A stretch of DNA of 64,000 nucleotides from Bugula neritina. Lineage: Eukaryota; Animalia; Bryozoa. This document shows, piece after piece, positions 12,641 to 26,900 of this stretch. A program made the translations under genes and the position numbers. Position 1 is the stretch's first letter; the number at the start of each line of letters is the position of its first letter. The notes under the pieces are model-generated. The model was not told the DNA's origin. It was given only the letters and a program-made list of their open reading frames with translations, and ran no database searches. The DNA is taken from positions 5,280,698 to 5,344,697 of the forward strand of contig OZ037765.1 of the NCBI GenBank assembly GCA_964035545.1, in the 5' to 3' direction.

Positions 12641-14662
12641 TCTGGTTGTGTATTCTTCGCTGACTTCTACTAGGTAGACAGCGCGCTGTCTGAGTTACAC
12701 ATGCACACTACAGAAACTTGTAAAGTCAGCAAACATAGTGTGGTAGTCAGTGGCACAAACATACAGGGATAGTCAGTGGTGTATTGCTGCTAGTACGAAC
12801 TTTAAAATGTGTCAACCCATGAGGAACTAAAATTAAAGTTTCTGCTGAGTTTGAATCTAGTAAACATTTTATTTGTTCCTTTATGTTATTTTTTGTTTGG
12901 CTATATTAATAAACTCTTCAACTATAATAAAATGGTCTGTCTTTAGTCTTAATAATGTAAACAATTCTATGCCAATTGGAATCTGTTAGCACAGCAACAA
13001 CATACAGCTATGGCAGAGCAAATAGTTGAGAACATTTAGATCATTTATTTCGATTATTTCGGAGAAGATTTTGCTTTCTACACAATTACCTGTTACCTGA
13101 TAAATGTAAACTTACTAATGCAACAGGTGCGACCTTTCAAATGCACAAACAATAAGAGAGAGTAAACAGATAACTCTTGTATTGCCACAATTTGTACTAC
13201 AGACTACTAATATGAACTGATAATGACTGTTGCCTGGTTTATAACTGTTTTAGGCAGTTCTAAACCAGGCAAGAGCAATTATTTAATTAAGAATAAGTTG
13301 CTTGGAACCAGCAACAACTTTAAAATAAGCAAAGCAAATTATTCCTCACCTATTTCTTCTCTGTCCTGTTTGGGGAGCAAAGTAAATTATTGTCAACTGT
13401 ATACTTAAAATAAGGGTGAAGATCAGGTCTAACCAGACAACCTCCGAATTTGCTCCATGTTATATATTGCTGAGTACATAGTTATATAGTTTTGAAAGTT
13501 TATTAGATACTTTATTACTTTAAAAAGAACCGATTAAAAACAGTTATTTTTAAAAATTGACTCAAACTGGCTAAGAAATACAAGAGTAAGATATAAATCT
13601 AGCTGTCACTATTCTGGAATAAATTGTTCTCTTATTTAGCTGATGCCTATAAATAAAGAATGCCATAAAACCAACAGTATTTTATTTTTTATTACATTGA
13701 AATCATTGATTATGTTGCTATAAAAAGCAATTATGTGGCGATTGTACTAATGCATTGTTAGGTTCCAGAATTATTTAATGCAACAAATATATTCACTAGG
13801 TATATGCAGTATACTGTCCAGTGAGATCAGTTTGCATGGCTGCTAAAAGCTCCTTTGGGTTTTGCTTTCAAGTAACTTCTTAACCTTAAAATATATCTCA
13901 GCATCAGCAAGTACCCAATATTGCACTTGCATTGTCTCCACATGAGCAAATTTCTACCAACTAAAAAAACTTTTTCAACTCAATCGTTCATGAGAATCAG
14001 CAATGTTATTTTTTAGTATTGAGTATCGTTTGCAATTTAAAATATCTCAAAACTTGCAGTCGTAAGCTTTTTACAGATATTTTAATTTGTACTGTAACAA
14101 TTTGTATGTTCGCACACGTCTTATCGTACCTAGTACAATGTTGACAATTGTTGAATGTTTACGTGTATTGTTCATGTGAATGTCAGTTTCGCTGCAGATT
14201 TACTTCCACATGATTTGCCACATCTAAAACCACACTTCCTAAGACAATCAAATCAGCATATGTGTAGTTTAATAGTTCTTGTGGCATGATACAGCTGAAA
14301 CTAGTTAGGCAGGAAACATTGTGCTACCACTTTTTGAAATGGTACACATGATACACACTATTTTTTAATATTCATATTTGTAATTTGATGAACTTTATTA
14401 GTCATACTTTATAAATTTGCTGCCAATTACCAAATTGAAAACTATTATAAAAAAATGAATTATCACTACAATTAAATACAGATCATAATTTTAAAAATTA
14501 GAAAATAATAAATTTAATAACTTATACGCAGTGTTGGTGAAAATTTCAATATTTAAATTTTTATTTTACAAAATGAACACATATGATCATATATAATATT
14601 ATATCAATTTTGAAGTGGATCACTGGATGATAGTGCATAGCAAATTGTGTATGAGCGATTAT

Positions 14663-17600
14663 TCATAACTTTGCTTTTAATGAGGAAGTTGAAGCGGATT
14701 GGCGAAGGTTCTCTTCAGGAATATTGGGAAGTTCTGCCAGACAATGCAAATCTCGTATAATCTCACGAACGACGGGTATTCTGGCTGCTACGAATCTCTC
14801 TTCGTTTCTAGTCTGCAACAACATCAAGTGAATTTATTTGTACCACATAATCATCCCAATATGGTTGGCTTTATCTCATTTACACGAATGCAGTAGAAAT
14901 GTAGCCATTTTATTTTCACCAGAAAGCGAGTGTAACATTTTATGTTTATTATTCTATTTATTGACAGCAACTACTGCAAACAGTGTTTAAATACAAATGC
15001 AGTTAGTGAATACCACATTAATTACTTTTAACAGTACATTTTTATTAAATTAGCAACAGAATCAAGTCATTGAAAGCTACCTGGCATAAAGATATTATGT
15101 GCAAAAGAATTCCATGTTATAGGAGAGCACAGGTGTCATTTTGAAGCATTACAGAGAGTCTATGAGGCATTTTTACAGAGTATAAAACACCATGCTGGAT
15201 GAGATGGGCAAACATCAAACTGCATCTAAAAAATCGGTCACTAACCTCGTAGTAGACAGCGTTGAAGTGTTTTAAAGACACGACAGCATTGCTGAGCATA
15301 TCCAGATTGAGCAACTCAAAGTCAGCGAGGAGACCTTCCTTTATAAGACTGAGAATGAAGTACTGAGCAGAGCGTACCAGCTCTTTGGGTCGTACCACTG
15401 TCTCCTTTCCCATACCAATATCTATAGTTGTGTGCACTATATACTCGCATAACATCTACAAGCATATATTTATTTATATATAATATATTTCATGATAAAC
15501 AAGAAATGAAAATTCCCCAACATCACATATGCATATAAGCATAAAAACACATAAAGCTCAGAAATACATAAAACATTATAATTTCGAAATTATACTTTTT
15601 ATCTGGGCTTATAATGTTTTAGTTTTCTATAAAAAAAAATTGAAAACCGAGCCATTATAGTACACAGTGCAACACTCACCCAATACCCACAGACGAAAGG
15701 CATGAGCATGTTACTGAGGAACGTAGTAAACCTAGTAACACTCTCTGTAAGCATGATGGATCCTTCGTAGTCAACTATGACATCACCAGTATGTGTGAGC
15801 ACTTGCAGAGCATTGTCAAATATCTATATAGACATAAAACATGAACCTTTCAAAGCATGCTTTAGACCACGCTGAATAGCTTACTAAATTATACAACCTA
15901 TTTATTCATGTTCATTATAAGATAACTTAACTACTTATCTAAATTTCGTTTGAGAGCATTCACAATCAATTCCATTCTATTAAAATCATGTTAAAAATGT
16001 ACTTTTTTATAATAAAAACACAAGTATTTCTCACTTGAGATACAGACTTGTGGTCCAAGACAAACTCTTTGGCAAATAACTGGACAGCAAATGTAAACAG
16101 TCTCAGCGTTTCGCCTAAAAGTAAAAGTGAAATTATATGATATAATTATTATGTTCCATATCTACACACACAATAATAGTAGTATGGCAGGGCAACATGG
16201 TGACATTTTGAATTTGATAAAAGGTTACTGTATACGATGTATACGCTGTTTGCAATGTTGATTATTAAATTATTGGGACAAAAATAGAAAGCAAACCGAG
16301 AAATGACCGTGAGTAAAATATTACTAAGAGCATGTGCAGAGTTGCACACACATGGTACAAGTTCAAAAGAGGAGATAATTTCAAAATATAGTTGCATTCT
16401 CTGACTATTCTTCAACATTTCTAAATATTAAATATAGTTGTAATAAAAATCTTCAATTAAAACAACCCAATATATTTATTCCTTGACCAAAGTTAAATAT
16501 TAATTACTTCATCTAAAATAGTGAAAATCACGAGAATAACTGCATACATGAAGATCCATCAATTTTTCTGTTGCATCAGCTGGAGTCAAATTGCATAAAG
16601 ATGTGGAAAGAGGAATCAGTACAGAATGTGGCTAACCTCTGGGTAGAACTTGCAGAGTCTTGCTAGCCTTGAGTATGATCATGGAGAGGATGCTATACGG
16701 CACAAACACGTGTATCAGCTGATTCCTATAGATGACGAGCACCATGTGAGTGGCAGCGTCAGCGAGGGCATCCCCTGCGATGTGCTTAGACTTTGCCAGC
16801 CTGTCCCCGTGCTCTACGGCAGCTATAGTTACATAGTCATCTTTCAGGTTTACATAATGCCGGTGAGAAGCGATACAGGAGAGAATAACTTCTTCATCCG
16901 TCATGCCACCTAGAAATATTAGAGGAGGTGAGATTTTTCAAAACATGTTTACGTACTGTGGGCTTAATAACATATAATTTACCAGCATGATACGACTTAA
17001 ATTACAATGTGGATTCAAATTATAACACAAATAGTGTTGTGTTGTTACTTTGTTGTTTTATGTAAAGGCACTGAGACACATCGACCAATCAGTGACTAGT
17101 AAGGAGCCAGTCTCTGTGCACATGCTCAGATGGTAGTTTGCTACTCTTTATAAAAAGGCAGCAACTAGTCTTCTACATAAATGCTGATAATGAAATGTAC
17201 TACAAGGGTCCCCTGCTGCTGATAAAATGGGGCCTCATACTTTAGCAATAAAGACAACTAGCATTTGTAAAGGCAAAATTTCCTTAAGGGCGTCTGTCAG
17301 TCAGCATCTGAAATCTACACCCTCTACATATTTTCTCCAGACTGTGCTACCCTCCCCCCTACTCTTCTACGTGCTGTTGAAGAATGCACTTCTTAACCCC
17401 TCACTTACTCCAAACCCTATATTAGGTCTCCATTTGAACAGAACCGCTGAAGGTTTATTACCAAAAGCAACCCTACTGGGATTCAAACTCACAGAAGCAT
17501 TGGCTTTCCCAAATACATAACCTGGACGCAATGTAATGTGACGTAGCAGATGGATATCAACTAACCTGGCCAGTCTATATAAGCTCCTACACTGTTAGCA

Positions 17601-20600
17601 TGACTTTTCAACCAGCGTATCGTCTCAGTGAGTTCAGACACGACTATACCCTGCTGATTCTGCAGCAATACTGTAGCTATCAAACACCACACCGACAGCA
17701 CCATGTTCTTCTGCTGCTGCCACACTATTGCATAACCGATGTCTTCTACCAGAGCCTCTTCTCTTTCGGTAATATTGATGAGAAACCTACAAAGACACTT
17801 TGTTTTGGTAACACATAATACTTGATATCCCATGTCTGTAGGCGAACAAATGCATAGTCTACTTTCCAAATAGCAAGACGAGAGCTTTAGACTAAGAACC
17901 AAAATATTTTGAGCGAAAAAAATATAATTCCTGTGACCGTCAAGCTATCATGAATTTCATCAAGAATAAAATATTAAATGACACATAATGTTATGCATAT
18001 AATTTAGTAATTCTTCTCTCAGTTGAACCATTAAATGTTTATTTTAAAGATGGTCCAAAAAATAGAAAAACCAACAGAAAAGTTGACATCAGAATGAAGT
18101 TTTCACTATACGTTTGTCACTGTGACAACTCCTCAAAGATAGAATATATAAAACCATCACCAATAGTTTAATCCCCAAGTTTACAAAGTTGTCTTGGTCA
18201 CTATTGATAAGTTTACAATACCATCAATTGTTAAAGTTGCCTTGTTTGCCATAGCCATTGTTTGCTGATGCAACTCAACATTTCAAATTCCCCTACTTAC
18301 AAAATCAACCACAATCTTAAGCCAAGACTTCAAAACTGGTAGATTTCATACTTTCCGACGGTCAGAACACTTTTTTTCAGATACTTATACAGGAATTAGA
18401 AAGCAATAAAAATATCCCTAGATATATATAGCTTATATTTTTCATGTTACTACAGCTAGAAACTTACCGTGGTTCAAGGTTGTGTAGAGGCCGATGAATT
18501 TTCCCAGTGGACATCTGTCTCACACTGATAGGGGGACAAATGTTGATGTGAATGCTACCTGCAATGGTTACTACATTTTACACACCAGTAACGTGACGGT
18601 GATGTGGTTCTACACACCAGGTGATGTGAGGCATAAGAATGAAGTAGTCTTCTTTCCACAGATTGTTATGATGCACAGGCTATTTGGCAAACCAGTCCCA
18701 ATTCTCGGACTAGGACAAACGTGATAGGAAAGAAAAGTAGAAGCATATATATCAACGTACTACATGGTCAGTGAGCTAGTTGACAAAAAACATTTTATAT
18801 ATATAGTAGTTGTTGGATTTTGAAAACTACTTTCGTCTACCATACTGGGTGAAAGCAGTCACACAAACTTCATAGAGGACAACTCTCGAACAGCATATAG
18901 CATGTCAAACTGAGAATTTACTGTCTATTCTAAGCTAAGGTACACCGTGTAATACACCAAGTTTAGGTAGTGTACGTTATCAGAACTGCTCTAAACAGAA
19001 AAAACTGCTAATAATTAAAAACTAAGAGCAAACTAAAAGCTCACCATAGTTTTCATTGAGTATGCTAAAGACTTTAAATAGTTTAGACGTGGATTCTTTG
19101 GGTTTAGGAATGCCGAGCAGTTCTTGAGCAAAGAGGTTTTCTTCCAGCACCCTGTCATAGCTGATACTGATGGGCACTATCATGATGTCCGGCACCAGTC
19201 CTTTGAAATATGCCTCCAGTGAGCCGGCTAGCATGCCTACAGTAACCATGTGGTATCTATAACATCCACCTGGTGGTAATGGTGAGCATATGCTGCCATT
19301 CCTATGTACTTAACACAGGTTGTTCAGCCAATCACAGTCCTTTTAACAGTGAAATCCAATGAGTGATTGGCTTTCATAGCCATTGTTTCACAGTGCCTTC
19401 AATGCATGAGAGACTAGTGAATATTGTGTAGTATTGATAGCTGACAGAAGCTTTATATGCACACACTGGTAATAATTTTGGTAACACCATTAATGTAAAA
19501 AGTACATTTCATTACTTGAAATATATTAAGACAGTAGACATGCTAAAACCTGCAGTGTGCCAACAAACAGAAACCACATATGACTTGAGTGCAAAAAAAG
19601 GCCATCAAACTATATGATCCAAAATACAATTAACTTCTAAACTTACAAATAACTTAATAATGTTATTGAATCTACTCCAAATTAAACAACAAGCTCTTTT
19701 ACATAATAAAATTACATACCTAATTTTGGTGCATAAGACTTTTGGGTTCTGCTGCGAGTGCCTTCTACAAAGAACTCGATAGGGTGATCTCCATTGTACA
19801 GCTGCGTCTGCACGTATTCAGTGAAGATAGACCAGTATAGCCTATCAGACCTGAATGACCTCTTGATGTAGAACGCCCCGCTATTCCGTAACATTGCGCC
19901 TATCAGAAACATGTCCTTGAAATCCTGGGCCGCTACTATGGCCGGTAAAGGCAGATCGTAATTGAAACATAAAATTGAAAATATTAGAAAATCGAAATAA
20001 CTTCTATGACTAGGTACGAGTAGAACGGGATACTCCTGCACCAACTCGTTAATTTGCGAGAGTCCCTGGACATTAACATAAATGTGGTCGTGCAGACGTT
20101 TGAGAATTTTGATGAGAGAATAGCCTAAGATTCTAACTGATGTCATGCTAAATCGATGTGCCATTTCTAACAATATTTGCTCAGCTTCTTTCGCGACATT
20201 TTCTTCAGACCGCTTAGTTTCTCTGCTAATCTACAATAAAAGTATAGATTCACAACCTTCTAACACTAACTTATGCACTTCACAATTATGGATTTACATT
20301 TGGTGGTTCAGACCTAGAGTAGTTTTACTTGAACTTGAATCCTTCAGCCATTAATGTCAAATATGATTACAATAAATTGGCGCTAAATTTTAAGCATAAA
20401 CTTATTAGCTCACACATGCTACATGTATACATCTGGCCCAACTAGGATAGTAAAAGTAAAATATGAAGGTTTATTAGTATATATTATTTTAAACTAACCA
20501 GCTCTATTCTTAGCCTAATATCAATTATGATGGACTAAGTAATGACACTATTACAAGTATATAAGTTTAACACGTAGGTTTACAATCAATGCAAAAAGTT

Positions 20601-21024
20601 TTGAGGAAAATATGTCTATTTAATTACTTTTATGACAGCCTAGATAAACAAGTTTATTTTGATTTGATTATGAGAATCATATTGTTACATATTAACCATA
20701 TCTTGAAATATACCATTACCTGCACAAAATATTAGAGTTGTTAAATAATAATTTTGATTATAGTTAAAAATACTAAACCTTTTCAATGGTGTGTGAAACC
20801 CTGTCACTGTGCAGGACATCTTTATTTAATTGTTCATATCCTCTTTCGTGTTTGTATTTGTAGATTGGAGTCCTGACTTTTTTCATTACCCATGCCAAGT
20901 CATTGAATTGTTTTCGCCGAGGAGCCAGCATATCAATGTAGCCATCCTTGAATGTTTCGTCTACAGTTGCTGGTTCTACGTTGCTTCTTATCCAAGCACC
21001 AGAGTGATCAGTTGAAGAAGCCAT
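14663..21024 (-). CDS. GNPAT: Dihydroxyacetone phosphate acyltransferase (peroxisomal), ~705 aa, 10 coding exons
   Basis: Exons 21024-20779, 20230-19720, 19236-19045, 18558-18468, 17786-17566, 16909-16637, 16114-16035, 15823-15680, 15455-15246 and 14812-14663 total 2118 nt. Acyltransferase motifs PSHRSYFD, GAFYIKR, FFVEGTRSR, IVPISISYD and ELLGIPKPKES are present. The C-terminal PTS1 -AKL* favours GNPAT over mitochondrial GPAT. Confidence 0.93.
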
Positions 21025-21207
21025 GTTTATGCTGATGTTGAACTAAAGATATTGAAAAAAAACACATTACTGTAACACTGAATGTGAGTTTGACTGAGTC
21101 TAATTTTAGGGAAAAGAGCGAGTCTCATTAATGATTAATGTTCACACTCACAGTTAATATTATGGCGACACTCATACAGCTAAATAGTAAATGAGTAAAC
21201 TTAGTAG

Positions 21208-22951
21208 TTGGCAACTTTTCTTGTGGATAAAATATGTGGCCCACTCGCACGAGGAAACTCGAAGCCCTTCTACCGTCACCTGAGAAACACAAGAATGCAG
21301 TGTCCTCCACCAATGAGCCTCCAAACAAACGGCCAATCCTCGGATGACCCCAGTGAGTGTGCAAACATGTTGAATAATTTCTTCCAGCAGCAATTTTGTC
21401 AAGATCACTGTATTGATGGTATCCCGCCATTGGAGTCTCCCGGTGAAAAAATAGAGATATCGGAAGATGGTGTTGCTAAGCTGATTATCTCGCTAGGAAA
21501 TGGTAAGTCTCCAGGACCGGATGGGATCCGGAAACCAGACCTCATGATAGATATACATACCACCGCTGAGTGTCTCAGCCACATATATCGAGCCTCCATA
21601 AAATATGGCCGATTGCCTTACCAATGGAAACTGGCAAATGTGACCCCAATTCACAAAGGAGGAGAGGCTAACCAAGTGTTCAATTACAGGCCTATTTCCC
21701 TAACATCAATACCATGTAAGATTCTTGAACATATTGTCCTTCATCACCTCAACAAAAAACTGGATATCTTCCTTCACCATCGGCAACATGGGTTCCGGAA
21801 AGGTATGTCCTGCGAGACCCAACTATGTGCCACTTACCATGATCTGGCTAAATCAATGGAACAGAACAAAATTACACATGCCCTTATCTTAGACTTTAAA
21901 AAGGCTTTTGACAAAGTACCACATAGCTTGCTACTGCAGAAACTGAGAGCTATTCCTGATTTAGACCCCTCCCTTTTAAACTGGATTCAAGACTTTCTGA
22001 CAGGGCGAAAACAGAGAGTAGTTCTAAAGAATCAAATGTCGAGTGTGTGCGATGTGACATCCGGAGTACCCCAAGGCTCAGTCCTAGGGCCTACACTCTT
22101 CCTTGTATATATCAACGATCTACCAGATGTAGTAACTTGTAACGTTAGCCTTTATGCAGATGATACCCTCTTATATCAGGAAGTCAACTGCTACGAGGAA
22201 TCGGTGGAATTTCAAAAAAACATTGATGCTGTACAAGCATGGTCGCAGAAATGGAAAATGCCATTCAACACATCTAAATGCCATGCAATAGCATTCAACA
22301 AAAGAAGCCAAACACCCGCGTATAAACTAGGTGATGCTGACATACCTTGGACAGACAAGACTCGCTATCTTGGTATCGCGCTCTAGCAAGATCTAAAGTT
22401 TGACCAACACATCGCTCAAAAAACCAGCAAAGCAACCAAAATTCTTGGGGCTATAAAATACACACTACACTCTGCACCTACCAAAAGCCGATTATTGGCA
22501 TACACTAGCCTGTGTCGACCGATACTGGAGTATGGGGACACTCTATGGGATCCCACCAGTAAACAGACCATTGAATTCATAGAAAGTGTTCAACGGAAAG
22601 CTGTCCGCTTCATAAGTACTGTTAAAGGACGGGAAAGTGTCACTGAAGCCAGAAATCTTCTTGAACTGGTACCACTAGAATCCAGAAGACGAAACCATCG
22701 AATGACATTACTACACAAAATTCTAGAAAATGAAACCAGCAATAATACTTTATCTTCTAATTATGATGAGATCGTCAACAACCGCTTAAATACAACTATG
22801 ACCACTAGAGCTGCGAGCAGAGGACAGTTAACATCAATATCTGCAAAGACTAGTGTCTACCACAACAGCTTCCTTTCCCGAACAGTACGGGACTTGAGAA
22901 TAAATGTTCATGAATAATTAGAAAAAAAATCAGTGATATGCTGATTCACTG
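21208..22951 (+). mobile_element. 5'-truncated non-LTR retrotransposon (LINE, CR1/L2-group-like RT) with one premature stop
   Basis: RT motifs KSPGPDGI, NYRPISLTS, QHGFR, DFKKAFDKVPH, SGVPQGSVLGP, YADD and YLG are present. ORFs 21208-22386 and 22495-22917 share one frame, broken only by TAG at 22384-22386. There is no endonuclease domain. A CAGTGA..TCACTG stem-loop lies at 22931-22951. Confidence 0.92.
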
Positions 22952-23629
22952 CCTACCCACTGTAACACACTGTTATAAACGAGGCATTTAACTTACACAT
23001 TTTTGTGATATCTAAATGTTCTATCGACACAGAGTGAGTACAGAGTGAGTACTCACTGCTTAGTAATAGTTTAGTAATAGTTATAGTAAGTTAGTTACTT
23101 ACTCTTAGTCAAGTCCTAAAGAGTAGAGTTAAACACTTAAATTTAAAATGACTTAAAATGAAATTAAGACTCGGCGACTCCAAGTCCAACATTAGGTCTT
23201 GCAGCTTGAGTACAGGCTTGGCAAATTATAAAGTTCATGTCAAAGCTAAGCCTAAGGCTAATGTCAACAAAGTTGAACAATCACAATTTCACTTGACAAT
23301 AAGCATCCCAAAGACAATCATAATATGAATCCGAGTGAGAATCAGAATGAGAATGTCAATTTCGAACACTCAATTAGTGTTACACTTACACGTAGTCTAA
23401 GTCTTACAGTTAGTGTTACAGTCGAAGGCGAATGCCGGAATCAGAATCAGAATGGTATTCCCGTATTGGTAGTAACTAATATAAAATTAAATATGACTGT
23501 TTTAAAGTTTAAACTATCACTGGTGACAATCGTTTGTGCTTTTTTAGCTTCGAGCACTAATAATTGTTTTATTTGCTGTTGTGGTCATTTTCGGTACCAC
23601 TACCAGCATTAAAATAGTACGATAATGAA

Positions 23630-23914
23630 ATAAAAAAAAATCACGCCACTCAAAGAAAAAGTGGGCATGGCAATATCCGACCTAATTTTGAGGAACTATA
23701 GGAAAGAGGACTCCAAACATCAAAGAACAAAATTAGTGACCAATTGGTGATTACTTGGCAACCTTACAATGCCTGTATCGTACCAATCAAAATCTCTCTA
23801 ACAAGAGATCTTGTAATTACACCTTCCAAAAAGGGAGGGAATCAACCAAATTTACGATTTTCTCAAGGTTTAAAATGACTTTTATTTGAGTCTCAGCCAG
23901 CAACTATTTCAATA
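23630..23914. promoter_or_regulatory. Putative bidirectional promoter region GNPAT/PPM1D
   Basis: The two genes are head-to-head. CCAATTGG (~23741), CCAAT (~23783) and GC-box-like CACGCCAC and GTGGGCATGGC (23642-23671) are present. The TSS is not determined. Confidence 0.4.
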
Positions 23915-26900
23915 ATGGCTTGGAATTTAAGAGTATCAGCAGCATTGCACCAAGGTGACAGAAAATACATGGAAGATCAGTATGCTATACACTACGAGTG
24001 CGACAAAGAAACAGGAAAGTTTTTGTATGCCTACTTTGGAATTTTTGATGGTCACGGTGGGGCAGACGCTGCCAAATATGCCAAAACTCATCTTCACAAA
24101 AATATTACTGCAAACAATATGTTCTTCAGTAAAGATTCTGACGATGTTATTAAAGCCATTGAAGAAGGATTCCTAAAGACCCATGAAGATATGTGGAAAG
24201 AAATAGGTAACTAACTAACCGCTAACGTAACTTGCAGTTAAACTTACTCATACTCATAGTCATAGTGTTACTAACAATAACAGTGAGTGTAACACTAACT
24301 ACTGATACCCATCATGATCATCATCTCACCAACTTTAAGTAGTAGTACCAACAGTAACAGACAACAGTAGCACATAACCGTAACACTAGCAGTTAAAAGT
24401 AACCTAAATATCAACAGTAAGTGTAACTGTAAGATTCAGTGTAACTCTAGGTCAAGTACTAGTAGTAGTACTGTAGTAGTACAACTACTAGTACTACTAG
24501 TGGCCGTAAGTCTTTTGTTTAGTATTACATTGTGACTGTCACTAGTACTAGACTACTAGTAGTCGTAATACTTATACTTATAGTTATACTAATGTTTAAT
24601 ACTAATCTCATACTGATACTCATCCTGTGGTAGTAGTAGTACTAGTAGTACTCTGTACTGATAGTGGTAGTTCTAGTAGTACTAGTACTAGTGTAACAGT
24701 AACAGTAGCTGTACTACAAGTAGGCCTACAAATGTTAATTATTGAATTAGATATATTAACTTATAGTAATAGTTCTAGGATTATTATAATTTAAGATTGT
24801 AGTTTTAATTTATTTATTAGAGTTGTACTTGTAATCTTGAAATGACTAGTTTTTTAAGTAAATTATTATAAAATTATAAATATAATGACTGACTAAAATA
24901 ATTAGATTAACAACAAAAATTTAATTTATACTACTATTGGCATCACTTGTAAGTCACTTACTGTGAATTTATTTTCGTAAGCTGAGTAGGCTATTGCCAT
25001 AACTATTTTATCAGTTTTTTGTTACAATTGAAGTTGGAGTAAAAATTAAAAGACGACTATGAAGATGATAATTACAACAACTACTGTTGATTCCAAGTCA
25101 AGCAATCGTTTCACTACAAAGAAACTATTAATTATATCTATATGATTATATTACACTTTTAGTGTGAATAAATAATATGAATACTTGGTTTTACTCCCAT
25201 TTAGTATTGTGTGTTATCAATGTGTGGGCAGTTGACAGTTAGACATTAGAATCACTGTTGGCCATTTTACTTTATTTTGGTGATTAGTATTATTTTTAAT
25301 TATCTCTAGTAGGTGCTGATATTCTCTGTGGTCAAGTTAGCAAAATAAGAAAAGTCGTAATTATGAAAAGCTGGGTTGACCAATATATTAACTTGTATAG
25401 TTTATTCTCACTAGAGATATCTGATATATATGCAAATAGATTTGACAACTTCTCTTTTATTGCTGGTACATTGTATAGACAGTAGTGCCCATAGCATAGC
25501 ATAGCATAGCATATGCAGGCTCCTAGCATGCCAAGATGTAGTTCATGAAACCAGCATGGAGTTGTATGACTAGATGCATTACATTATTTAATTTACATAG
25601 TTAGTAAGTAGGTAGTCCTTCTCAAGTAAATGCCAGTAATATTGCTCATACTGCCATTATTCTAATGACTGTAAGCCTTGGTCAGTTCTATGATCCTACG
25701 GGTGCTGCTACTACAAAACTGCTACTATTTTTTTAAAAACTGAATGTCCGTATATTTAGTAGATTTTATTAGTTGTAGTAGAATACTACTTGCCATCACT
25801 CCTACTATCTGCAATATAATATACTGTCTCAACAAAGCTCTACTAAATTCATGATAGCTGTGTGGTAAACTTTTCTGTTGGACAATTTTGGTTTGAGAAG
25901 GTAAACATGGCTACTTGAGGTTCACAAAACATAAACTATTGTGGGACATTCACCATTTGTTTAGGGTAGAATAGTACATAAGAGTGTTACATTTCCATTG
26001 AGGCTTGTCAATAAGTAGTTATAAATAATACAGCTGCTTTGTCCAGTGTCAGTTTTAGTAGCTACAGCTGTTTCAGCATCCATTACTTCTTTGTTAGAGT
26101 GCAATAATCCATTCAGAACTTGTAGTTAATTGCATGTTCATAGTTCGCACTGCTCGGATACTACCAATGATATATGAATGACTAGGGTCACGTGCTCTGT
26201 TTACTATTATAGTATTTTCCCGATAGTCGTAATGATGATGTAACAAATACAAGAGTAATAAAATGAATGCGAGGCTGTGCCCAACGTGCCTGTGCGTGCC
26301 TTTGATTACTGCTCGTATATGCATGCTTAATTTACCATAAAAGTGTGCTATCCATAACGCATAACACGAATTCATGTGGAACCTAACAAATCTATATTTA
26401 AATCATATCAACAGTTAACAGTTAGAAATTAAATGTTTGTAATTTTTCTAATGTATCCATTTTAGTGCATATATTATATGTTATATAATATATAGTATGT
26501 AATATATAGTATATAATACATATTATTGTATTATTGTATTTTTAGTATATTTCATTTAGTAGTAGTTTTTCCCTGTGTTCTATCACACAGTAACATGTTC
26601 ATTTGACATGTTCTTGTGTCAGTAACATGATCAGTTTCCGTACTGTGGTGCAGTAAAACTATGTTAATACGTTTATTAATTGACCTGTTTGCTCACCTAT
26701 GGTCTACTCTGTACAGGTAAATGGTCCCCAACAGCCACTGGCCTCCCCAGCACAGCTGGTACTACTGCTAGCGTGGCCTTCATCATAGACAACAAGCTCT
26801 ACACTGGACACGTGGGAGACAGTGGCATCTCACTTGGCACTCGGTACAAGTGCCCTGGCAGGTGGTCATCGGAGCACCTCACTGTGGTAAGTGTCTTGTA

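Noticed and set aside
17227-17520. 97-aa + strand ORF in a GNPAT intron
   Set aside because: No recognisable homology or splice structure.
22384-22386. Programmed readthrough of TAG in the LINE ORF
   Set aside because: A single C>T nonsense change in a 5'-truncated copy is simpler; it would need TAG in the family consensus.
21069-22968. ACTGTAACAC on both sides of the LINE as a TSD
   Set aside because: The left copy is ~130 nt from recognisable LINE sequence and lies in low-complexity host DNA rich in such words.
23325-23612. 95-aa ORF between the LINE and PPM1D
   Set aside because: Alternating residues reflect the hexamer-periodic DNA; no domain recognised.
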